From a virus (Duplodnaviria; Heunggongvirae; Uroviricota; Caudoviricetes): a DNA stretch of 64,000 nt. Each line of letters opens with the position of its first letter. Position 1 is the first letter of the stretch. Positions 57,378-64,000 of the stretch are shown here, in pieces. Both the position numbers and the translations under genes were made by a program. Where the stretch lies: IMG/VR virus record IMGVR_UViG_3300028048_001599; one strand, given 5' to 3'. The notes beneath the pieces were generated by a model. The model was not told the origin of the DNA. It did not search any database and worked only from the letters and a program-made list of their open reading frames with translations.

Positions 57378-57961
57378 CATTTAACGCTACTACAGTAATA
57401 AAAAGTTTATGTGGTGATGTGATACGGTTCAAACGGAAGAATAGTTATATAGACATAAGTGCATCGGTATTTAAACAATTAGCAGTTTTAGACGGTAGTG
57501 TTGCGGTGTTTAGTACTCAGTTCCAAACAGATAAAGTAATTTTAAAATGGAACACGCGTAAAAAGTTGAGTGTATCTAAAGGTGTTTATTATAATGGTAT
57601 CCTGTGTTTACCACAGGATACTGTTTATTTTGAATCAAACCGAATAACAACTGTTCGTGTAGCTGATAATATTATAATATGTACTAAGGTAATAATGACA
57701 TCGACTCTTCAAGATAATATAGTAGAAATAATCCGAACAAATATGGGGGTATCAGCATTTAAGATGACTGATTCTGATAATTCTTCTAACTCTGTATCAT
57801 TTAGGTGTAGGATCAGTGGTAACAAAGCTGAATTTGAGTCAAGCTTAAGAAACATGTTAAATGTGCAATTAAAACGTTGTGATTTGCGTGTAAAAACTAT
57901 AAGTAGTCAGCAGATGGGGATTAATTCGGTATATAAGATAACATTCGAAGTAGGCGATTAA
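57374..57961 (+). CDS. Hypothetical protein
   Basis: The ORF's ATG overlaps the polymerase stop (ATGA). Confidence 0.5.
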   Translation: MTFNATTVIKSLCGDVIRFKRKNSYIDISASVFKQLAVLDGSVAVFSTQFQTDKVILKWNTRKKLSVSKGVYYNGILCLPQDTVYFESNRITTVRVADNIIICTKVIMTSTLQDNIVEIIRTNMGVSAFKMTDSDNSSNSVSFRCRISGNKAEFESSLRNMLNVQLKRCDLRVKTISSQQMGINSVYKITFEVGD

Positions 57962-57962
57962 G

Positions 57963-58640
57963 TTGGTGGATTTAAGTTGTAACAAGTGTGGTGCGGTATT
58001 AACAGTAGATATAAAAGATATACGTGTAGTGTGTCCATATTGTAGGGCTAACTATCTTGTAGAACAACTAATCACTGAAAAACGGCTCAATAATATTGAC
58101 GAAATCAATCGTCTAACTCCTATTGCAGAGAACGCATACAAAATATTTGATTATGCACATGCTTTAGAATGTTATACTACACTAATAAAGTATGACCCGT
58201 CTGAAACAAATATAGCGAGGTATAATATATGTAGACTTGCTGTTGACAATTTAAAACCATCAAATGAAGTTTACGACACATTAGGGTGTATTGCTGATGA
58301 GGAGCGGTACACTCATCTTGAAAAAATAAAGGCAAGGGCTCATAGTACAGTTTTTAAACGAATACGGTATTCAATAAAAACGAATAGGGGTATTTATAAG
58401 TTACTTGAGATTATAAAATTGTTATTGTGGTATAGAAAATATAAATGGCTTGATTTAATGGTTAGACCTATTAATTGCGTTTGTGGTAGGACAGTTGATA
58501 AGGGGGAAACAACTTGTAGTTGTAGTCGTCCACGTTCAGAGATAGTTAAAAACTACATAACAAGACGTCGTAATCTTAAATTAATAGTGGTATTACTTTT
58601 GATTTTAACTATTTTGTTTATAATAAAAGGTAGCTTATAG
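57963..58640 (+). CDS. Zinc-ribbon protein with a C-terminal TM helix
   Basis: CNKCG...CPYCRANY at the N-terminus. C-terminus LIVVLLLILTILFII. Confidence 0.5.
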   Translation: MVDLSCNKCGAVLTVDIKDIRVVCPYCRANYLVEQLITEKRLNNIDEINRLTPIAENAYKIFDYAHALECYTTLIKYDPSETNIARYNICRLAVDNLKPSNEVYDTLGCIADEERYTHLEKIKARAHSTVFKRIRYSIKTNRGIYKLLEIIKLLLWYRKYKWLDLMVRPINCVCGRTVDKGETTCSCSRPRSEIVKNYITRRRNLKLIVVLLLILTILFIIKGSL

Positions 58641-58652
58641 GTGGTGTTTAAA

Positions 58653-59153
58653 ATGGTAGGTGTAAGTAATTTATGGAATGGTATTGTAGCTTCTGTACGT
58701 TCTCAAGTTGAGGGTGCGTATGTTATATCTTTACCTGTAATAAGTTTTCGTAATTCTAATACGATTCATTGTTTTATATGTCCTATAAAAAAGAATGAAA
58801 CCTTATTAGGTAATTCACTTTGTTTAGGCCGTCCATCACATTGGGTGAAGGCAAACATTGAAACTGGTTCTATTATCATATATGATTGTAGTATGAATGA
58901 TTTTTGTTTTAATGTTGGTATGTCAGCATACTTTACACCCTTCTTGTGCAAAACAGGGGGTATCGAGGCACTAAACGAATGTTTAACTGCTCTTACTAAT
59001 TTAATGGCGGAGCAAGTTTCCGATGACGATGACATATTCAGTGAAACAAAAGTAAATATCAGTAATGAACAGATAAATACATATAATGATAAAGTTCTTT
59101 CCTTGTCGGAGGGCTTTACACACAAGATATATGAATATCTAATAAAAGGATAG
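58653..59153 (+). CDS. Hypothetical protein
   Basis: ATG after AGGTGGTG. Confidence 0.5.
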   Translation: MVGVSNLWNGIVASVRSQVEGAYVISLPVISFRNSNTIHCFICPIKKNETLLGNSLCLGRPSHWVKANIETGSIIIYDCSMNDFCFNVGMSAYFTPFLCKTGGIEALNECLTALTNLMAEQVSDDDDIFSETKVNISNEQINTYNDKVLSLSEGFTHKIYEYLIKG

Positions 59154-59164
59154 GAGTGATACTT

Positions 59165-59485
59165 ATGTCTAATCTTCCTGAAGCTGTTCCAAAATCCTTA
59201 TCAGCTTTTTATTACTTTATGAAAGAAAAAGGATTTCCAATTGTATCTGGTGCTTACGAGCATGGTGATGATGGGTTTGTTTGCATTGTATTTTTTGACC
59301 TCTCTGTTACGATTGATAAACTTTGGAAATTTCTCAATTTACCAAAAGTAATGTCCAAGACATCAGATAAAATAATGTCAATGGATAATAGTTGGTTCAT
59401 ATCAAAGGATGATGGTATTGTATCGTTATCATTGGACGAACCGCATCACGTTGGGGTAATGTGTTATATAATGGCGAATAGATAA
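59165..59485 (+). CDS. Hypothetical protein
   Basis: ATG after AGGAGTGATACTT. A terminator-like hairpin follows at 59484..59515. Confidence 0.5.
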   Translation: MSNLPEAVPKSLSAFYYFMKEKGFPIVSGAYEHGDDGFVCIVFFDLSVTIDKLWKFLNLPKVMSKTSDKIMSMDNSWFISKDDGIVSLSLDEPHHVGVMCYIMANR

Positions 59486-59557
59486 AGGGGTGTGAAAACA
59501 TCCCTTTTATCTTTACCTATTTTATTACTTAATATTTTATAATCAGGTGGTGATATT

Positions 59558-59914
59558 ATGGATATTCAAGAGTTAAATGATTATAAAACTACGAATACAA
59601 GTCTGCAAAAATCAGAGTCAGGTGAGGTATTAGCTTATAAAATAGGTCATAGTAGAACATACCCTTGTGTAATCCTCAGCAATAAGAATAATGAATTTAA
59701 GAAATATAAGTTAGACGTAATCAAAGGTTTAATTCGTAACGAGGGGTATATGGTATATTTACGTTCACCCAAAGGTGACATCAAGGTGGGGTATATTGAC
59801 ACTAATGGTTTGCGGGTACTTAAGGATAGTGACGTATTTTCTGATTATGATTTTACTGTATATCTTGATGTTACTACAGAAGTAACAGGTGACCTAATAT
59901 ATGCACTGATGTAA
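59558..59914 (+). CDS. Hypothetical protein
   Basis: ORF with RBS AGGTGGTGAT. Confidence 0.5.
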   Translation: MDIQELNDYKTTNTSLQKSESGEVLAYKIGHSRTYPCVILSNKNNEFKKYKLDVIKGLIRNEGYMVYLRSPKGDIKVGYIDTNGLRVLKDSDVFSDYDFTVYLDVTTEVTGDLIYALM

Positions 59915-59927
59915 TAGGGGTAATGAA

Positions 59928-60644
59928 ATGCAATTATTTAATGACGATGCAATTAAAATTTTGAAGTCACTTCCTGATGAATCAATAGATTTGATAGTGA
60001 CCGACCCACCTTATAGAACAACCCCACATGGTAATTGTGGGAACGCAGGTGGAATGTTAAAAACGAAATTAAGTAGGCAAGGTAAGATATTTGAGCATAA
60101 TGACGTGAAGATTACTGATTATGCACCAGAGTTTTTTCGTATACTTAAGGATGGTACTCATTGTTATGTAATGACAAACCACTATAATTTGCTTGAAATG
60201 CTAACTGTATTCACGGATGTTGGTTTTCATTTTGTCAAATCACTTATATGGGACAAAACAAACAAGATAATGGGTAAATATTATATGTCACAGTTTGAAT
60301 ATATACTATTTTTCAGAAAAGGCACAGACCGTTCGATAAATAATGCAGGCACACCTGATATTTTGCGTATACCAAACAAGAAGTCAAAATACAATGGTAC
60401 AAATGCTCATGACACAGAAAAGCCTGTTGAACTTATGAGAATACTTATTGAAAATAGTAGTAATGAGGGTGATTTAGTATGTGACCCGTTTTTAGGCATC
60501 GGAGCTACAGGGGTAGCTGCTATTGAAACTGGTCGTGACTTTGTGGGTTCTGAAATAGACGAGGGGTATTTTAAAATAGCACAGCAAAGAATTGAGGATG
60601 CAGAAAATAGTGCTGATTTACTTGACTTTAGTAATTTGGAATAA
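59928..60644 (+). CDS. Beta-class DNA methyltransferase (N6A/N4C; DPPY motif precedes the FxGxG motif)
   Basis: LIVTDPPY near the N-terminus. VCDPFLGIGATGVAAIETGRDFVGSEID (AdoMet-binding motif I) near the C-terminus. Confidence 0.75.
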   Translation: MQLFNDDAIKILKSLPDESIDLIVTDPPYRTTPHGNCGNAGGMLKTKLSRQGKIFEHNDVKITDYAPEFFRILKDGTHCYVMTNHYNLLEMLTVFTDVGFHFVKSLIWDKTNKIMGKYYMSQFEYILFFRKGTDRSINNAGTPDILRIPNKKSKYNGTNAHDTEKPVELMRILIENSSNEGDLVCDPFLGIGATGVAAIETGRDFVGSEIDEGYFKIAQQRIEDAENSADLLDFSNLE

Positions 60645-60667
60645 TTTCAAAAAAATGTAACTTAGTA

Positions 60668-60696
60668 TTGACAAATTAGGAAATTTTTGTTATAAT
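60668..60696 (+). promoter_or_regulatory. Consensus sigma-A promoter
   Basis: TTGACA, a 17-nt spacer, then TGTTATAAT. Confidence 0.7.
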
Positions 60697-60740
60697 AGTT
60701 AATGTAGATTATTCAGGTAAAAACATAAGGAGGTAAAATC

Positions 60741-61241
60741 ATGAAAAAATCTGCTGTTAATTACACTGAGGACATAAAGGTTGAGTTTATTCGTGCTATC
60801 AAGTTGTTCATCTCAGAGTTTGCAATAGACGGTGACGGTAAGATAGAGATTGATAACAGTAACGAGGACAATCCGCTAGAACCTAACATCGTCCTTATCT
60901 TCACAAACGAAGGCACTGACTTTGACCTTTTAATTAATGAATACGTTATGCTTACGAATGTATACAATTCAGAAGTTGGAAAGACATTTGATAGTTTTGA
61001 AGCACTTATAAGAGCCTATAATCACATTGACGAAGAGGTTGTTGGTCTTATGTATTTGCTTAAAAACAGTGTTAAATATAGTATTACTAATGAGTCAAAA
61101 CTTACTGTAGTATTCGATGTAGACGACATTCCATATTTTGTACTGAATATGTACTATCTCGAATGGGGTAAAAAGCACCTTTCTATTTCTGAAGACGATA
61201 GTATCGAACTGTTTAAGACTATATGTGCTAAATACCTTTAA
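60741..61241 (+). CDS. Hypothetical acidic protein
   Basis: ORF with RBS AAGGAGGTAAAA. Confidence 0.55.
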   Translation: MKKSAVNYTEDIKVEFIRAIKLFISEFAIDGDGKIEIDNSNEDNPLEPNIVLIFTNEGTDFDLLINEYVMLTNVYNSEVGKTFDSFEALIRAYNHIDEEVVGLMYLLKNSVKYSITNESKLTVVFDVDDIPYFVLNMYYLEWGKKHLSISEDDSIELFKTICAKYL

Positions 61242-61255
61242 GGTGGTGTTTTGTT

Positions 61256-62194
61256 ATGAAAACATATGATATAAATACTCCGCACTTATATTTATCAGGT
61301 ACTTCGGACGACATATTTAATAACTGTTCTATCGGTGTTTATATACTTTCTAATGAGCTTGATGCATTTCTTAAAAGCCAAATGGACATGTCTATAATGA
61401 GCCAAAAGTTACGAGTAGATGGTAAAAACAGTGACTCAGTATATATTACATCACGTCAATTGTGGAGCAAAATGGTGAATATGGAAATAACCATAGAGGA
61501 CTATATAAGACCAGCATTAAGTGACTTTGTTATCTTTGAAGACATAGATACGCAATCTATTAAGAATAGTAAGTTATCTAGGTATAATAAGGTATGGTTC
61601 TCAAAAACATATTTGAAATCATTTAAAGTAGTAACCAAGGGTGACGGTGAACTATTGTATATTTATCCATATACAGATATCATAATGAATAATGTATATG
61701 CGATAGCTGGTGTTATACTTAGAGAGTCAGATAAAAAGAGCTGTCTGTTTACGAGTCTATTTTCACATAATAGATTGAATAAAACAATAGAACTTGATTT
61801 AAACAATGATGACTCTTACAAAGAAATCATGGTGTTGACAGTACTTCATTATTCTGCAATTCAGCAAATATTTAAGAATAAACCTGAATTGTTAATAAAT
61901 GCACAAAGTTCAGTAGTTAAAGAAATATCAGGGAAACGCATAGAACACAAAAGCAAAAAGAAAAACAATAAGAAAAACGGTGTCAAAATCGTAAAAAGGG
62001 TGATTATTCATGACGGGGACGTAGTAACACCTAAAGTAAAGGCACATAGAGAGATATTGTGTCCATCTTGGGGTGTCGTAGGGCACTGGAGAACATATAA
62101 AAAGACAGGTAAGAGGGTGTGGGTAGCACCTTATAGGAAAGGTAAGCAAAGAGATAATCCTAATATATACAAGGCTAAGGATTATCATTCTTAA
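61256..62194 (+). CDS. Hypothetical protein with a strongly basic C-terminal region
   Basis: ORF with RBS AAGGTGGTG. C-terminus KHKSKKKNNKKNGVKIVKR...KKTGKRVWVAPYRKGKQRD. Confidence 0.55.
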   Translation: MKTYDINTPHLYLSGTSDDIFNNCSIGVYILSNELDAFLKSQMDMSIMSQKLRVDGKNSDSVYITSRQLWSKMVNMEITIEDYIRPALSDFVIFEDIDTQSIKNSKLSRYNKVWFSKTYLKSFKVVTKGDGELLYIYPYTDIIMNNVYAIAGVILRESDKKSCLFTSLFSHNRLNKTIELDLNNDDSYKEIMVLTVLHYSAIQQIFKNKPELLINAQSSVVKEISGKRIEHKSKKKNNKKNGVKIVKRVIIHDGDVVTPKVKAHREILCPSWGVVGHWRTYKKTGKRVWVAPYRKGKQRDNPNIYKAKDYHS

Positions 62195-62414
62195 GTAATT
62201 ACAGGGAGTTATTTTCCGAAAAAGAAATAAGATTATTTTTGAGGTTGTAATCAAGTTTCGTTTCGGAAATAGTTCTCTTTTTGTCACAGATTGGCTGTAA
62301 GGTGTGGAAGGTCAAAAATTAATAAAGTTAGTCTTTGGGTAAAAAAGTCGCTTAAAAAGGCTCACAGGCAATTTCCGATAGATGGTAATAAATGGTAAGA
62401 AATGAGGTCATAAC

Positions 62415-63560
62415 ATGGCAAAGAGTAAGGAAGTCAAAGAATCGAAAGAATCAGGGGTATTAGAGACCGCTGACGTTAAGAAGTCAAAAACAAAGGCAAA
62501 GAAAAGCACATCAAAATCAAAGGTTGACACCAATGAAAAATCAAAGGTTGACACCAATGAAAAATCAAAGGTTGACACCAAAAAGATAAAGACTACAAAA
62601 ACATCAAGTCCAAAGAAGCCAAAGAAACCTGTTGACCCATATAAATTAAATCTATCACATGCAAGAGTTGCTCAGACTTGTTATAAAGTGCGTAACGAAG
62701 AAAAGAATTGGGTAACGGAATATGGTGATAGTTACAGTATAACACTATTTAGAAAGCGTATCTTCAAAGTAATACTGTCCGAAATAATGTTAGCAAAGGG
62801 GTATAAGTCAGTGGACGCACGACTCAGGGCTGAAGCAATTCTTCCGGGTATCAATCTTAAGAGTTACTCAACAATTCTAACATTTATGTACGCTTATATC
62901 TATGATATTGAGTTTCGTGATATGTTTAATTACAATATAGACCGAAATATACATAAAGTATTAAATGCTATTCAATTTTACACGGTTGACTACAAGCCAA
63001 AAATCACGATGCTTGAGTCCAATTATTCAAAGGTCAGCGAAATGAAGGTTGTACTCACATATCTATTTGAGGTATTGTTTATAATTCGTAAATATGGTTT
63101 AATGACTGGTAAGCAGTTGATAATCACAAGGGGTACTAATTCAGTTCTGAAGGATATCTGTTGTAAGGAGTTTAAGGAACATTATTATTTCTTTCATAGA
63201 GGTTCAAAGTTGTCAATAGTACCTTGTAGAAAGATGGATATAACACAGTATACTGATACTGGTAACATATATAGTTGTGTTGACATTGTTAATCAAATAA
63301 ACTATAACACACTTATTCGTCTACTAACATTAAAAAAGATGTGTAAGGATGCTTATGATGACACAATAAAACTTTCGGAGTTGCACATGATTGATTATCT
63401 TGTAGGTAATAAAATCAACACACCATTTTCTCTTTATGACATGTCAATAACCACAGTTGTAAATGAGTTCGGTAACACTTGTAAATTTGATAAAGAAATA
63501 GCATTTTATAGGGGTAATGAGTACACAAACTTAGATTGGTGGTACAAGAAGGATGTTTGA
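62415..63560 (+). CDS. Hypothetical protein with a Lys-rich, histone-H1-like N-terminus carrying KSKVDTNE repeats
   Basis: ORF with RBS TGAGGTCA. 24-bp tandem repeats at about 62510..62585. Confidence 0.55.
   Translation: MAKSKEVKESKESGVLETADVKKSKTKAKKSTSKSKVDTNEKSKVDTNEKSKVDTKKIKTTKTSSPKKPKKPVDPYKLNLSHARVAQTCYKVRNEEKNWVTEYGDSYSITLFRKRIFKVILSEIMLAKGYKSVDARLRAEAILPGINLKSYSTILTFMYAYIYDIEFRDMFNYNIDRNIHKVLNAIQFYTVDYKPKITMLESNYSKVSEMKVVLTYLFEVLFIIRKYGLMTGKQLIITRGTNSVLKDICCKEFKEHYYFFHRGSKLSIVPCRKMDITQYTDTGNIYSCVDIVNQINYNTLIRLLTLKKMCKDAYDDTIKLSELHMIDYLVGNKINTPFSLYDMSITTVVNEFGNTCKFDKEIAFYRGNEYTNLDWWYKKDV
62510..62585 (+). repeat. 24-bp tandem repeat, 3 copies (aaatcaaaggttgacaccaatgaa)
   Basis: Visible perfect copies encoding KSKVDTNE. 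Confidence 0.85.
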
Positions 63561-63882
63561 TAAGATAAATAAGTTAGCTATTATTGTTGGTTCACTTTTG
63601 TTAGGTAGTATGATAGCTGTGGTTGTATGTGTCACTTGTTTATTTTCTGCTGACATTGAGTCACTAAGTGCCCCAAAGATTGAATCGGGTGTAATAGTTG
63701 ATAAGTATGATTACATATCCTTAGATCCTGGTAATACTTCTGAGGTTTACATGATAGTGTATGAAAAAGTCGTAGATGGTAAAAAGGTTCAAAGGAAGGA
63801 CAGAGTGACTTCGGTCACCTATTCAAGTTATAAAGTAGGTGACACCTTTGAGCGTAAGAACCACATAAATAAAGGAAATTAA
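63553..63882 (+). CDS. Small membrane protein with an N-terminal TM helix
   Basis: ORF overlapping the upstream stop. N-terminus LAIIVGSLLLGSMIAVVVCVTCLF. Confidence 0.5.
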   Translation: MFDKINKLAIIVGSLLLGSMIAVVVCVTCLFSADIESLSAPKIESGVIVDKYDYISLDPGNTSEVYMIVYEKVVDGKKVQRKDRVTSVTYSSYKVGDTFERKNHINKGN

Positions 63883-64000
63883 ACTTGGGGTGATATTAAA
63901 ATGATTGATATTTATAATAGGCATAGAAAGGAAATGAAGTAATGAATAAAGAAGTCAATTATACAGTTTGTTATTTTGAAGATAATAATAGAATATATGT

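Noticed and set aside
1-64000. Diversity-generating retroelement or retron associated with the Ig-rich giant protein
   Set aside because: No reverse-transcriptase-like ORF, and no template/variable repeat pair, was found.

Overview
This window looks like part of a large, AT-rich (about one-third GC) lytic phage genome. That is inferred from gene content only. Essentially all genes lie on the + strand and are tightly packed. Ribosome-binding sites are strong extended Firmicute-type sequences (AAGGAGGTGAT, very often AGGGGGTAAT). Together with a class B sortase, a CHAP lysin and five lipobox lipoproteins, this points to a low-GC Gram-positive host.

Recognisable genes:
- Two very large Ig-like surface or structural proteins at the 5' end. 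The second is 2156 aa with a signal peptide and BspA-type leucine-rich repeats (LRR).
- A family A DNA polymerase with 3'-5' exonuclease and an intein in the fingers/motif-B region.
- An NAD-dependent (LigA-type) DNA ligase split into two ORFs about 14 kb apart.
- A RuvC-like resolvase.
- A stand-alone primase CHC2 zinc finger.
- A gamma-class and a beta-class N6A/N4C DNA methyltransferase.
- A ParB-HNH nuclease.
- An ArdC-like anti-restriction protein.
- A metallophosphoesterase.
- A flotillin/SPFH protein.
- A sortase B, plus an extremely acidic repeat protein with a sortase-type C-terminal sorting signal.
- An XRE-family HTH regulator.
- Many small, acidic or zinc-ribbon hypothetical proteins.

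Five near-consensus sigma-A promoters (TTGACA-17-TGnTATAAT) and about a dozen hairpin terminators punctuate the map. I found no tRNA, rRNA, CRISPR array, integrase or reverse transcriptase. All minus-strand ORFs look spurious.

The most striking unexplained signal is a massive, strand-specific over-representation of the hexamer GGGGTA on the + strand, at roughly 2-3 per kb and in all three reading frames. It is not explained by amino-acid content.
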